Assembly (NCBI RefSeq): GCF_004010195.1
Contig: NC_057749.1
Location: 20,879,674 to 20,943,673 of the forward strand
Source of the DNA: Chiloscyllium plagiosum
Taxonomy: Eukaryota
Direction: 5' to 3'
Length of the DNA: 64,000 nt
Every line of letters begins with the position of its first letter. Position 1 is the first letter of the stretch. The notes beneath the pieces were generated by a model. It was given only the letters and a program-made list of their open reading frames with translations. It did no database searches and was not told the DNA's origin. Made by a program: the position numbers and the translations under genes. Below, in pieces: positions 26,103 through 39,724 of this stretch.

Positions 26103-27755
26103 CAGGCTCACTGGTCTATTGTTCCCTGGCTTGTCCTTACCGCCCTTCTTAAACAGTGGCACCATGTTTGCCAACCTCCAGTCTTCCGGCACCTCACCTG
26201 TGACTATCGATGATACAAATATCTCAGCAAGAGACCCAGCAATCTCTTCTCTAGCTTCCCACAGAGTTGTAGGGTATACCTGATCAGGTCCTGGGGATTT
26301 ATCCACTTTTGTGCATTTCAAGGTATCCAGCAATTCCTCCTCTGTAATATGGACATTTTTCAAGATGTCACCGTCCTTTTCCACAGTAAACACTGACACA
26401 AAATACTCGTTTAGTATCTCCCCCACCTCCTGCAGTTCCACACAAAGGCCGCCTTGCTGATCTTTGAGGGGCCCCATTCTCTCCCTAGTTACCCTTTTGT
26501 CATTAATGTATTTGTAATAACCCTTTGGACTCTCCTTAACTCTACTTCCCAAAGCTATCTCATGTCCCCTTTTTGCCCTCCTGATTTCCCTCTTCAGTAT
26601 ACTCCTATTGCCTTTATACTCTGCTAAGGATTCATTTGATCTATCCTGTCTATCCTTCTTTTTCTTAACCAAACCCTCAATTTCTTTTGTCATCCAGCAT
26701 TCCCTATACCTACCAGCCTTTCCTTTCACCCTGACAGGAATATACTTTCTCTGGACTCTCGTTATCTCATTTCTGAAGGCTTCCCATTTTCCATCCGTCC
26801 CTTTACCTGCGAACATCTGCCTCCAATCAGCTTTTGAAAGTTCTTGCCTAATACTGTCAAAATTAGCCCACTTCAAATTTAGAACTTCAACTTTTAGATC
26901 TGGTCTATCTTTTTCCATCACTATTTTAAAGCGAATAGAATTATGGTCTCTGGCCCCAAAGTGCTCCTCCACTCAGTCACCTGCCCTGCCTTATTTCCCA
27001 AGACTAGGTCAAGTTTTGTACCTTCTCTGGTACATCCACATATTGAATCACAAGGTTTTCTTGTACACACTTAACAAATGCTTTTCCATCTAAACCCTTG
27101 ACAGTATGGCAGTCCCAGTCTATATTGGAAAGTTAAAATCCCCTACCATAACCACCCTACTGCTCTTACAGATAACTGAGATCTCCTTACAAATCTGTTT
27201 CTCAATTTCCCTCTGACTATTAGAGGGTCTATAATATAATCCAAATAAGGTGGTCATCTCTTTCTTATTTCTCAGTTCAACTCAAATAACCTCCCTGGAT
27301 GTATTTCCAGGAATATCCACCCTCAGTACAGCTGTAATGCTATCCCTTATCAAAAACGACACTCCCCCTCATTTGTTGCATCCCTTTCTGTCCTTCCTGT
27401 AGCATTTGTATCCTGCAACATTAAGCTGCCAGTCCTGTCCATCCCTGAGCCATGTTTCTGTAATTGCTATGATATCCCAGTCCCATGTTCCTAACCAGGC
27501 CCTGAGTTCATCTGCCTTCCCTGTTAGGCCCCTTGCATTGAAATAAATGCAGTTTAATTTATCAGTTCTACTTTCTTCTCTGCTTTGTCCCTGCCTGCTC
27601 TGACTGTTTGACTTACTTCTTTTCTCAACAGTACCAGTCTTAAATTGATCTCTTTCCTCATTAGTTCCTTGGGTCCCATACTTATTTGAAATGGGGATAG
27701 CCACAGAAGACTCCTGCACTACCTGCCTACCTCTCTTACCTTTCTTAGAGTCAAC

Positions 27756-27802
27756 CTATCTATGTGACTATCTATGTGACTATCTATGTGACTATCTGTG
27801 AC
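27756..27802 (+). repeat. 12-bp tandem repeat CTATCTATGTGA x3 plus a partial unit, in CR1 ORF1
   Basis: Read directly. Confidence 0.9.
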
Positions 27803-27898
27803 TTTTCTCCCTTCCTATAACTGCCATCCATCACATTCCCTTTCTCTTGTAAATTCCTCATTGCCTCGAATTGTCTCTCCAACTGATCCATTCGATCT

Positions 27899-28134
27899 CA
27901 AACCAAAAACGAGAAAATGCTGGAAAATCTCAGCAAGTCGGGCAGCATCTGTATGGAGAGAAAAGAGCTGACGTTTCGAGTCTAACTGATCCTTTATCAA
28001 AGCTTTGACAAAGGGTCAATTAGACTCGAAACGCCAGCTCTTTTCTCTCCTTACAGATGCTGCCAGACTTGCTGAGATTTTCCAGCATTTTCTCATTTTT
28101 GGTTTCAGATTCCAGCATCTGCAGTAATTTGCTT
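27899..28134. mobile_element. Penelope-derived palindromic mini element (third family)
   Basis: About 105-bp arms centred on AGCT; 15-bp TSD TGATCCATTC(G/A)ATCT (27884-27898 / 28135-28149); decayed cores TTGA(C/T)AA..GAAACG(T/C)C. Confidence 0.9.
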
Positions 28135-30580
28135 TGATCCATTCAATCTGATAGGATTTGGAACCAATGGCATTTATTGCAGATATAATCCTCAGGAACA
28201 CATAAACTCTCCCTAAATGCCCACATCCGACAAGAAGAGCATATCACTCTACTAAAGGCCATTTTTGCTTCTTCCAGTCTCCTGACCCAGAAAATAGCAC
28301 TGTCTTATTCCTGTACAAAACACTGCTCCAGGCTATCTTAATACTTGTGGCTTATATTTTTAAGTTTAATCAAGAGGCATACCTCAATAAAACATTGTCA
28401 CCATCATAGAGGCAGGCCTTCAATTCCAGATCTATTTATTAATTTTAAATTCCACTAGCTGCTATGGTGGGATTTGAACCCAGAGCCTTCACTTGGGCCT
28501 TTGGATTGCTAATTTAATGGCCATACACCATGCCACTATGTCCAGCAATGTGCAGGCCCATGACCATTCAGTGCAGCAGCTGCCTGTGTCTCTCTCTCTG
28601 TGCTAACGAAAATGATGCAAGCCACAGAGACTGGCAGCTTCTAAGTGAGCTCAGAGTGAATGAGTGTTGAGTAATGAAGGTCACAGTCATCATATGTACC
28701 CTGTGCTGCTGTCTGAGATGGGCCTGTATCCTGGCACACAGTGCTACCTGGCAGAAGCATGCAAGTTATAGGTGTCCCTGAGGTCTGGAGCAAAATCCTG
28801 GAAGTCTGGAATGATGTGAAGTGGTCTGAAAGCAGCCCAAGATGATGTGGTGAGACTGGGGAGTTGTTGATGCTGATTCTCATGGACGAAGGCCTGAGGG
28901 GTGCATGTTGGGATGTTCAGGTAAAGGCAGAGTCGGATGAAGGTTCTGGTAAGCAAAGACAAGTTGCTGTCGCTGGGTAACCGTTGCGACTTTCATTTTG
29001 GGAATTTGTAGGGCCTAGATTCTCGGGAAAAGAGCGGTGAATTGGAAGTGAAAGGGTTAGGTTTAACGATAGAGCTAGAGAAGGGTTAGAGAGAATTTGA
29101 AGCTTCATATAGATGAAGCAAATTAGCTTAATAATAAACTGCTAATGAAATAAGGTAGTGAATGCTCTGTAGAGTGATTTGACTGTTGTCCTTTAAATCT
29201 TTAGGAAATTTTAGACATCAAGATTCTGATTTTTCCCATCCTTACCATATCTCCCTGACTTTTTTGCTGTTGTACACACCACGCAAGAGAGCGCAGAGAA
29301 TTCTACACTATAGAATTAATCAGCTATCCAGTTATGAAATTATGAATTTGAGCCAATCCCAGGAATCATTCAGAATCTTTCACTGGGACTTTCCATTGAT
29401 TTGATAGGGCAGTAGAATGCGGCTCCAACCTTTCCAACCATCATCTTCTCAATGTTGCTATGACAGAATTAGCTCCTATCTATTCCACAAGTCGGAGGTG
29501 AGCAATTGCAGACATTCCTGATGTGGATCGGCCCACATCCCTATCATGTACCCAGCCACTGGTGATCTATTATAGCAATTGGATATTTTGCACTTCACTT
29601 CAGCAACAATCCACTAGGAGGAGTCTTCAGTTTGCGAGCAGATATTAAGTGGGATCGATTAGCCATGCTTCTTCTGATGTAATTATGAGAATGTGATGTG
29701 AATCAAGAATTTTAAATTGGACTGTCAACAACATTTAGAGATTGCACTTCCATTGGGGCAAGGACTAAACACATAATTGGAAAAATTCAATTAAAGCATC
29801 ATTTAACGAATTGTCGACATTCATTCACATTTCCTCCAGCAAACGTCAAAGTGGAATTGATTGAACTGATAACATTTCACTAGACCCAACAACTTAATTG
29901 GTGTCTTTTGAAACTGTTTACAGTAACACTTCCAACTATTGCACAGAGCATCTGATTCTAAGTCCAATAGATTGGGTTTAATTCTTTGGATAGCAAGGTT
30001 TGCACCAGATTCCAGTGTGTCGCAGTGTTTGAAATTTTTAAAAATTGCATTGATTTAGCAGCTTTCCTGACCTCACCTCCCAGAATGTTTTCCAGTCAAT
30101 TAAGTCCTGTTGAAGTTCATTCACTGTTGTAATATAGGAAATGCAGCAACCAATTTGCATACAGTGAGAATCAGTTCATAGAACTTTGGCCTGCTGAGTC
30201 TGTACTACCAGTTCTTGTTGTGTTGGCCGAAGGACACATATTAGTTAAAATGCCAGGGTGTATGGTCTACTCTTGAAAGAAATTCCCTGGAATTTGAGTG
30301 GAGAGGCATGTTAAAATCTTACCCAAAGCATCACAGCCCTAAACTGTGCAGCACTCCCTCAGCACTACATTGGAGGGCCGGCCTAAATGTTGTACAGTGA
30401 CCACTACCTCCTTGATTCATGGACAGATATGAACTGACCTGTTAATTTTGACAATGCTCTCCATGAAAGAAGTGATCATTGGGCATAATCTATTAAGCCG
30501 AGTAGTATAAACGTGGATGCTCGGAATTATTTTTGGATAAATCCAATTGTATTTCACATCTCTGAAATGGTGTAGAAATG

Positions 30581-30799
30581 CAGTCGGTTGTGATATAATG
30601 CAATAGTTCTGTTCTCATGGGATCTCGAGTTATAAAAATTGCGCAATAGCCACATGATTTAAACTAATGGAACCGGAATTGTGTTATAGCCAATACAGAT
30701 AAGGAAAGTTTATGTTCTACAAATAATGGTCTAAATTTTACAATCGCGTTAAAGCCAATTCATGTTAAAAACGAGCACAAATTATAGCAGAACTGACTG
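30581..30799. mobile_element. Tigger-like MITE
   Basis: TIR CAGTCGGTTGTGATATAAT / ATTATAGCAGAACTGACTG; flanks TG and TA. Confidence 0.8.
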
Positions 30800-31168
30800 T
30801 AGGTTTGAATATTGAGAAATGAGCATTGGATATAGGAAGTTCCAATTTGTTCTTGTTGATATCATATATGTGGCTGATCTTTCTCCATTGGCTCGAGGTT
30901 TCTGAATTTTCCAAATCTCTCTTTGCTGTTCTCATTCTTTACACCAGTTCCCTGACCGTTCCTCAAAAGTTATCACTACTGGCCCATGTCTAATATAGAA
31001 CTCCATTTGGTTTGGTATTCCTGATATACAGCAGTCCCTGGGTGAAGACAGATTCCACTCTCGAGTGCACTCACAAGTCAATTTGGATGCAAGTTGGAAC
31101 ACAATACAGTTCAATATAAAATAACCGCTCATAAATCGAGTGAATGTTAGATCCTGACAATTCGTTTG

Positions 31169-31507
31169 GGGCTACGCGGTGGATCGGTGGTTAGCACGTC
31201 TGACTCACAGTGCCAGGGATCTGGCTTCAATTCCACCCACGGGTGACTGTGTAGAGTTTGCACATTCTCCCCGTACCTCCTCCAGATGCTCTGGTTTCCT
31301 CCTACAGTCCAAAGATGCGCAGATTAGGTGGATTGACTGTGATAAATTGCCCATAATGTCCAGGGATGTGCAGGCTAGGTGGGTTAGCCATGGGAAATGC
31401 AGGGCTGTGGGCATAGGGTAGGAGTCTGGGTGGGATGCTCTTCAAAAGGTGAATGTAACCTTAATGGACTGAACGGCCTGCTTCCACTCTGAAGGGATTC
31501 TATGATT
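31169..31507 (+). mobile_element. HE1 SINE, diverged
   Basis: Head, V-domain and GGGATTCTATGA tail. Confidence 0.85.
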
Positions 31508-33248
31508 AATAATAATGTGGGATCTTGTTTGTAAGTAGTGTTTGTATCTTGGATGTTCATGAGTCAGGGACTACCTGCAAACAATGAACAGGGTCAGTTA
31601 GAAATGGAAAATGATTCCACTGGAAACTGATGCCCCTTCCTCATGCCTTAAAACTGAATGCTTAACAATCCAGGGGCTAAAGGGAAACTGCTCAGAGAAA
31701 CTGAAATGCCCATGCTCCCCTTGCCAAACTGATAGCCAAGGGCCCAATGTAAGGCCAGACAATGATAAAACGTACCTCCTTCACTTGATACCTGTTTGTT
31801 CCTGATTTATAATCTAATCTCAAAACATAATGAAACGTTGATCATTTGAAAATGATTGCTGGTGTTCACACCTGTCTATTATTTCTGGAATGATAGTGAG
31901 AGAAATGTGTGCTAATTCCTCCAGTTGTAATAAGTCTCTCTGACAACAAATAAATGTCTTATACTCTCAGCCTTGAACGGTTTTTGTAACTGCATTGAAA
32001 ATTACAGATTTCGCTGAATGCTGCGATTTGACTCCCTTCAAAAATAAACCTTATAAGGTCTGAAATCTGTCACCGAAGTGAACAGAAAACAGACGATAAA
32101 GATCTGTTTGCTGGGAAATGTGGCACAGTTGTTCTTTTTTTAAAATCCAATTGTATGAACTTCACTCCAAGCAATTAAGACTTGACAGGGTCAGCTTCTG
32201 TGAGCTTCTAAATCAGCTAATGATTGCTTGCGGATGACATCATTTGTCCACAAGGGTTACTCAGACTCCCTAAATTTGTATGAATGTCACAACAGTTTGA
32301 CAGATCATTATTTTGCAGGCTTGAAACAAAACCATGTGTCAAGTGATATCTCACTTTCCATCCTCTTACACATCATGCTATCACAATCTATTCATCCAAT
32401 ACACTTGCATAGAAGCCTGGCGATGCCTTATTTTGCATTTGCAACTCATCAATCATATGCTGGTATCTGCTTGTTCTTGCTCCTGCAACCTTAATATCCA
32501 TATCTTCTACAGGTCTTGAATTTTAAATAATCTGTCTCCCACAAATGATCATGGAAACTGGGATGATGCTGACCCAGACAGCAATGCCCATACCCGACCA
32601 CTTCATAATAAAAGGGAATGGAGTTTTGGAGACTGATTTACACAGAGCTTTGTTAGCAATGGGCAATTTGGAGCAAAGGCTGGGCCGTGGAGTTGAGGTG
32701 CAGCTCCATCACGATCTAATCAAATGGCAGGGTAGACTAGAGGAGCTAAATGACAATTTCCTATTGTCAACAAGTCCTTCTATAGATATCCTCAGTTAAG
32801 ATTCATTGAATAGGAAAGAACGTTGACATTTTTCATAAACTGTGGGCCCTTATCAACTCTGCCATACTTATAGTGATGTCCTTCATACCCAATTGATGTT
32901 TGTCTGATTGTATGTGTGCAGACTGTCATATCTAACATGCAATATTCCATAGAGTCAAGCTTCCTCATTTATGTAGAATACATTGTTAAAACTAATTTGT
33001 ACTGTTTCCTTTGATATAATCCTGTTTTTGTGTCTTCCATTCTTTTCCTTCATAACCAGTGGGCTTTATATATATCATACACAAGCACACATTCACACAC
33101 TCACTCACACAAACTAATTCACATATACACACACTCACTCACTCACTCACAGACACACACTCATACGCACACATTCACACACACACACACACGCATGCTC
33201 ACACACAGATACTTACACTTATACACACACTTCCATTTATGCACACAC

Positions 33249-34036
33249 TTATGGACTAGACCAGACCCCCTCAAAACATTTCAAGAAAGTTGACCATATC
33301 CTAATTTTGCTGATTGTTTTAAGCAGGCATACAGTGGATATTCCAGGAGAGATGCAGCTAGTCAAACCACTTAGTTTTAAACAAAACAGAATTTATTTAC
33401 AAGATTACCGACTGAAACACAAAAGAGAACAGAATATCAAATAACTGAACAAATCTGAAAGCCCAACACAATATCCCAATTTAACGATGCTGTTTGCAAT
33501 ACTTGCAACAATCCCCATAAACACCCCTTGGCACAAAAGGTAAAATCAAGCCCAAGGTCTTACAGGAGAGAAGCCAAAGAGAGAGGAGGATCAGCCTGGA
33601 CCTGTTTCTTTCAGGTCCGACAGCTTTTTTAACTCTACTGTGCTAAAACCAAGCTACACTAGAGAGTATACGTCTATTCCTGATGAAAGGCTTTTGTCCA
33701 AAATGTCGATTTTCCTGCTCCTTGGATGCTGCCTGACCTGCTGTGCTTTTCCAGCACCACTCTAATCTAAACCCTAAACTAGAGAAAAGCTGAGCTGGGA
33801 GAAATGGCCAATCTTCTCTCATTGTATAAGTGTTTTTTTTTTGTTTTTAACTTGAAAGCCTTTTACCTGAGGCAGTATCTGATGGCTATAATCAACTTGG
33901 CTCTAAAACTCTTCAACCCCAGACTTTTCTGAGTTTGTGTCTTTTACAACCTGTCTGAAAATAAATGCATGTCTATCTTTCCTCTAGGTCATAAATAAGA
34001 GCAAAATAACTTTATTAAAGGAGCAGCATCATCATA
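33249..34036 (-). mobile_element. Solo LTR, same family as 13165-13737
   Basis: TTATGGACTAGACCAGACCCCCTCAAA start and TTAAAGGAGCAGCATCATCATA end match the other copy. Confidence 0.75.
33666..33773 (+). mobile_element. Single tail-less Penelope pLTR arm inside the LTR
   Basis: ATTCCTGATGAAAGGCTTTTGTCCAAAATGTCGA; 12-bp TSD CTA(C/A)ACTAGAGA (33654-33665 / 33774-33785). Confidence 0.8.
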
Positions 34037-35534
34037 ACACTGACTCACACACACATCTGCAGTCACACAGATATATACAGTTCCACACATGCACTCATAT
34101 ACACTCACACTCACATACAGGCACTTACATTCACACACTTACACTCATTGACATACACATGCTCACTCAGACACACACACTCACACATACACGCACACAG
34201 AGGCACTTACACTTGTACACACCCACACGTGCACACTGACACACCCACACACGCCAATACTCACATGCACATATACTCATCTTAGTATACGCACACACAT
34301 TATACACACACACAGACACTAACACTCACATACAGTCACACAGAGACCCTACCCCAGAGTGTGGTGGATGCTGGGACACTTAGTAAATTTAAGGAGAAGT
34401 AATGGGTTAAAAGGTTATGGAAAGTGGACTGGAAAGTGGAGTTGAGGCTGAGATTAGATCAACCATGATCGTATTAAATGGCAGGACAGACTAGAGGGGC
34501 TGAATAGTTCTTATGTTCAGGGCATCCCAAAGCACTTTGCAGTGCTTTAAGTATTGTTTTGAGATGCAGTCACTTTTGCAATGTAAGGAATTGTCAGCTA
34601 ATTTGTGTAAAAGCCCCCAAAACAAGCAATGGAATCAGTAAACCTGATCATTTGTTTTAGATGGGCAAGTTTGGGGCTGATCATGGGGTAAATGTTGACC
34701 AGGACACTGGAGAAATTCCCTGCTCATCTTCAAAATAGTGTCTTGGGATCTTTCTCCTTGGTTTAAGAAAGAAAGTATCTCTGAAAGTGCAGCAGTACCC
34801 TGGTGCCACAGTACCTAGATTTCCTGCTCAAGGCTGGAGTGGGATTTAAAGCCACAACGTGACTTGGAATTGAGAACACTACCCACTGCTCCCAATTCCT
34901 TCTGTGCAGGGCATGAGCCCCTACAATGCAATCAGATACATTGGACGAAGCCTATGATAGCGAGCTTCAAAAAACAATAAAGTGTGGGTCATTATCTTTG
35001 AATATGAGGAATAAAGCTAACCAGAATCTTAGCAAAATTCCAAGAGTTAGATTATGAAGGGAAATGAGGTTTGCATTCCCTGACACAGGGAAACTAACAA
35101 GGTGATTTTATTGAGGTTTTTAGGATTTTGAAAAGAATGGACATAGTTGACAAAGAAGTGAAGTGTTTCAGAATAAGGAGACACAACCTTAAAATCAGAT
35201 GCAGGTCATTCAGGCCAGACATTCTTCATGTAAGTGGTGGTAGAAGCATAGAATTCTCTCCTGTTTGTTGAATACTTTTCAAGTGAAGAACAGTAATTTT
35301 TGGCTACATGGGGTATTAAGAAGCAATACAGATGGATGAAGTTAGAAGTAATGTTCAACCAAGAGTTCACCAAATGGCAGAGCAGACTCCAGGGCCGAAT
35401 GGCCTAGAGGAAAGATAGACTTGCATTTATATAGCACTTTTCAGGATCATGATGAGCTTTTTACAACCAGTTAAGTACCCTGTGAAGCACTGTTGTCATT
35501 GTTGTAGTATACTTGAGTTCTGACCACAAAAGCA

Positions 35535-35857
35535 AATCATAGAACAGTGCAGAAAGAGGCCATTCAGCCCATTGAGTCTGCACTGACCCTCTGGAGTCTC
35601 CCATCTAAACCTACCCCATCCCGTAACCCCAGACAGGGTTCTTACCATGGTTAACCTGCACATCCTTGGACAATTTAGCAAGGCCAATCCACCTAATCTG
35701 CACATCTTTGGGCTGTGAGAAGAAACTGGTCCACATAACAGAGACCTACGCAGACACAGGGAGAACATGCAAACTCCACACAGTCACCCAAAGCTGGAAT
35801 CAAACCGAGGCTCTTGGTGCTGTGAGGCAGCATTGCTAACCACTGAGTCACCTTGCC
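35535..35857 (-). mobile_element. HE1 SINE
   Basis: Reverse-strand head GGTGACTCAGTGGTTAGCA and V-domain. Confidence 0.85.
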
Positions 35858-36180
35858 ATCTTTCTTCACCCATTTCAAGGAAGGCAACCAAACGAGAAGA
35901 GGACAAATGAAATACTTCAAAGATTCCCTGATGACTTCTGTCAAGAAATGCAATATAGATGGATGGGAGACCCTCGATCAGAAGAAACTACCTTGGAGGA
36001 AGCTCCCGTATGTATGAGTGCGATTCTTGGAGAACAATCATCGGTAACAGGAAATGTGGGAGAGGAAACAGGGAAAGGAAGCCCATGATTTCAAGGCCAA
36101 AGACCATTTCCCCCCGGAAGTATCTGTCAAATGTATGGTTCGGAACATGGCTGTAGGATTGGCCCCACAGAACCCATGAG
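35858..36180 (+). mobile_element. RTE-clade LINE 3' coding remnant
   Basis: FKEGNQTRRGQMKYFKDSLMTSVKKCNIDGWETLDQKKLPWRK, then a decayed C-terminal cysteine motif. Confidence 0.75.
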
Positions 36181-36550
36181 TAGTAACATGGAATTTCCGA
36201 GGTGGATGAATAAACCCATTAGCGAGGGATTGCCAATGAGTTATTGTGGTAATATAGGAGGCTACTGGTTTCTCTGCTTTGAGACCTGTGACTCTAATAC
36301 AAAGCACTCAGATTATTTCCATGCACAGTGTAGATCGGAGGACTCTGAACCTTCCAAAAATGGATTCATAAACATTAACAAGTGTAGGTGTAAAGACTTT
36401 TATTTTGGTGTTCCTGTAGTGAATGTTAATGCAGATATTATTCCAGCTCTGATCTCCATGAGCAAATGCCATAAATAGGTGGCACTTCTAGCTCCAAAGG
36501 TCAACAGTCTTCAGTAATATCTCTTTTTCCCTGTGTTATAGAGATGTATA

Positions 36551-36835
36551 GCACATGGTGGCTCAGTGGTTAGCACTGCTGCCTCACAGTGCTAGGGACC
36601 CGGGTTCATATTCTCCCCATGTCTGCAAGGGCTTTCACCAGATTCTCTGGTTTCCTCCCACAGTCCAAGATGTGGAATGGCCATGCAAAAATTGCTCATT
36701 GTATCCAGGGATGTGCAGGCAGGCCATGGATTAACCATGGGATAGAGGATAAAGGAGGTGGCTCTGAGTGGGATGCTCTTTGGAGGTGCATTGTGGACCT
36801 GAATGGCCTGCTTCCACACTGAAGGGATTCTATGA
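36551..36835 (+). mobile_element. HE1 SINE with internal deletions
   Basis: TGGTGGCTCAGTGGTTAGCACTGCTGCCTCACAG head. Confidence 0.85.
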
Positions 36836-36899
36836 AAAAGACCCTCCACTCAATCGGGTCTGCACTAGCCAGAAACAAGCACCTAACTACTCCATTCCA

Positions 36900-37331
36900 A
36901 TTTTCCAGCACTTAGCCCGTAGTCTGGCCATCGCAAATGCACATATAAATCTTTCTTCAATATTATGAGGGGTTTTTGCCTCTACCACCTTAGAGACAAA
37001 AAAACTGCAGATGCTGGAATACAAAGTAGACAGGCAGGAATCTGTAAGAACACAGCAAGCCAGGCAGCATCAGGAAGTGGAGAGGTCAACATTTCAGTTA
37101 TAACTCTACTTAAGGTCCTAAAGAAGAGTTATACTCAAAACATCGACTTCCCCACCTCCTGATGCTGCTTGGCTTGCTGTGTTCTTCCAGCCTCCTGCCT
37201 GTCTACTTTGTATTCCAGCATCTGCAGTTTTATTGTCTCTAAGGTGGTAGAGGCAAAACCCCTCATAATATTGAAGAAAGATTTTTATGTGCATTTGCGA
37301 TGGCCAGACTACGGGCTAAGTGCTGGAAAAT
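36900..37331. repeat. 432-bp palindrome: Penelope mini hairpin (36992-37240) plus inverted duplication of about 92 bp of flank
   Basis: 36900-36991 is the reverse complement of 37241-37331 with 2 differences. Confidence 0.95.
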
Positions 37332-37459
37332 GCCTCTCTTTTGCTCTTTATATATCTAAAGAAACTGTTACAGTCTTCCTTTATATTAATGGCTAGCTTA
37401 CCCTCATATTTAATCTTTTCCCTCCCTATTTCATTTTTTGTTGCTCTCTGTTGGTCTTT

Positions 37460-37591
37460 TAGGAGAAAGTGAGGACTGCAGATGCTGGAGATCAGAGCAT
37501 TCCTGAAGAAGGGCTCATACCCGAAACGTCGATTCTCCTGCTCCTTGGATGCTGCCTGACCTGCTGCGCTTTTCCAGCAACACATTTTCAG
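37460..37591. mobile_element. Minimal Penelope derivative: tail in one orientation joined to a hammerhead arm in the other
   Basis: 14-bp TSD CTCTGTTGGTCTTT (37446-37459 / 37592-37605). Confidence 0.92.
37501..37532 (+). ncRNA. Minimal hammerhead ribozyme motif with intact core
   Basis: TC-CTGAAGA-AGGG CTCATA CCC-GAAA-CGTC-GA. Confidence 0.7.
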
Positions 37592-39724
37592 CTCTGTTGG
37601 TCTTTGTAAACTTCCCAATCCTCTGGTTTCCTGCTGCCCTTTGCCACATTACATGCTTTCTCTTTTGCTTTTATGCTATTCCTGACTTCCCGAGTCAGCC
37701 AGGGTTGCCTCATCCTCCCTGTACCATGCCTCTTTTTCCTTGGGGTGAATCTCTGCTGTGTTTCCTGAATTACTCCCAGAAACTCCTGCCTTTGCTGTTC
37801 CACTGTGTTTCCTGCTTGGCTCTTCCCCCAGTCAATTCTACCCAGCTCCTCCCTCGTGCCTCTGTAGTTGCCTTTATTCAGCTGTAATACCGTTACCTCT
37901 GATTCCTTCTTCTCCCTCTCAAATTGCAGCGTAAATTTAATCATATTATGACCACTGCTTCCTAAAGATTCCTTCACCTTAAGCTCCCTTATCAAATCTG
38001 CCTCATTGCACAACACTAAATCCAGTGTTGCCTGTTCCCTAGTGGGCTCTACCACAAACTGCTCCAAAAAGCCACCTCATAGACATTCCACAAATTCCTT
38101 TCTTGCAATCCATTACCAATCTGATTTTCCCAGTCTACCTGCATATTGAAATCCCCCATGATCACTATAAGTGTTCCTTTTCTATACATCTTTTCTATCT
38201 CCTGGTGTATCTTGCGCCCCAGCTCCTGACTACTGTTTGGAGGCCTCAACGTAACTCCAACTCTGGTTTTTTCACTTTTGCGGTTCCTCAATTCTACCCA
38301 CACAGATTCTACACTATCTGACCCTACTTCAATTCTTACTATTGATTTAATTTCGTGTCTTAATTTCAACCCCACCCTCTCTGCCCACCTGCCTATCTTT
38401 TCAATAGGATGTATATCATTGAATATTCAGCTCCCAATCCTGATCCCCTTGCAGCCACGTCTCCGTGATGCCCACCGTGTCATACCTGCCAACCTCTCCT
38501 GAGTTCTGTACTCTTACCTCCTCCTTTAACTTGGGTTTTTGTATTTTGCCCTCTAACTGAAACTCGCCCCCCCCCCCCAGTTTAATTAAAGGCCCTAGTT
38601 ATGTGATTCTCTGGGGTCTGGTTCCAGCACGGTTCAGATGAAGACAGTCCCATCGGAATGGGTCCCTTCTTCCTCAGTATTGGTGCCAATGTCCCGTGAA
38701 TACAAACCCATTTCTCCCACACTAATCTTTGAGCCAAACATTTACCTGTTACTCTTATTGACCCTGTGCCAATTAACTCATGGCTCAGGTAGTAATCCCG
38801 AGATTATTCCCTTTTTAGTTCTGCTTTTTCATTTAGCTCCTAGCTGTTCATACTCCCTTAGTAGAACCTCTGCCCTAGTTTTATCTGTGTCGCCGGTATC
38901 TACGTGGACCACGGCCACTGGATCTTTACCCTCCCTCTCCAAGCAGCCCTGATGAGATATCCCGAAACTCGAGCACCAGGCAGGCAGCACAACCTTCGGG
39001 ACTCTCAATCCTGGTCACAGAGAACAGTGTCTGTGCCGGTAACTATACTATCCCCAATTACAACAACATTTCTCTTCTCTCCCCTCACTTGAATGGCTCC
39101 CTGCACCATGGTGCTGCAGTCAGTTGCCTCATCCCCCCTGTAATCATCATTTCCATCCGCACATCTCAATCATGTCCCCCCTCAATCTCCTCTGCTCCAA
39201 GTTTAGTTAGTTTGAAGATGAGCTGTTAATTCTGTGTACGACATTTCATGTTAAAATTGCATTGTAAACCAACATTTAAGTGGCTGTAACACATTGTATG
39301 ATGAAATAAGGCATAAATAAGTCTAAGGAATCTTGAGATTGAAATTGGAAAATTGTGATTTTTATAAGAAGCAGAACAACTCAGCTTCCAACTTGTAATT
39401 CATGATTTACTCGCAATGTGAAGTGTAGCTAAAATAAAATCCATTCATTTTGTTCATCTGAAAATAAAAAAAGCTACATTTTTATATTCAACAAGATGAA
39501 AATGAAATTCGAGCCATAGAGACTGCTGATTATGGTTTCATCAGAATGGCAGTGGGGAGAGGAAGCTGGTCATGAGGAGATAATTGATATGCATAAGACG
39601 TTTCCATTGGGCAGAATGAGCTAAGAGGCTTGAAAGATATTTAAATGTTTTTTGATGTTGGGAAATAATGACTAGTGCGACAGGTCACAGAAACTGAGTA
39701 GGAAGTTTTATTGTGCATGCATCA

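Larger units (their letters stand above)
24740..28395 (-). mobile_element. CR1 LINE with 5' end (ORF1 zinc-finger/leucine zipper start at 28262), esterase deleted, 3' end lost
   Basis: MAFSRVICSSCRMW...DYICNKC; CIYFNARGLTGKADEL; DKSPGPD; KFADDTK. Confidence 0.93.
33075..34340 (+). repeat. Degenerate (CA)-rich simple repeat split by a solo LTR
   Basis: CA-rich at 33075-33248 and 34037-34340. Confidence 0.9.
37332..39140 (-). mobile_element. CR1 LINE fragment: ORF1 SGNH esterase and ORF2 endonuclease/linker
   Basis: VVIGDSIV, LCCLPGARV, IISGLLPEP, LHLNRAGT; IMGDFN; EPTREQATLDLVLCNE. Confidence 0.93.

Noticed and set aside
28560..29000. GC-richer stretch possibly belonging to the Harbinger element
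   Set aside because: Only a weak LPVSV-like match; the transposase N-terminus is already accounted for at 24390-24570.
29385..29394. Perfect NF-kB site GGGACTTTCC
   Set aside because: A single 10-mer is not unlikely in 64 kb and has no supporting context.
33030..33293. His/Thr-rich ORFs
   Set aside because: Translation of the CA-rich simple repeat.
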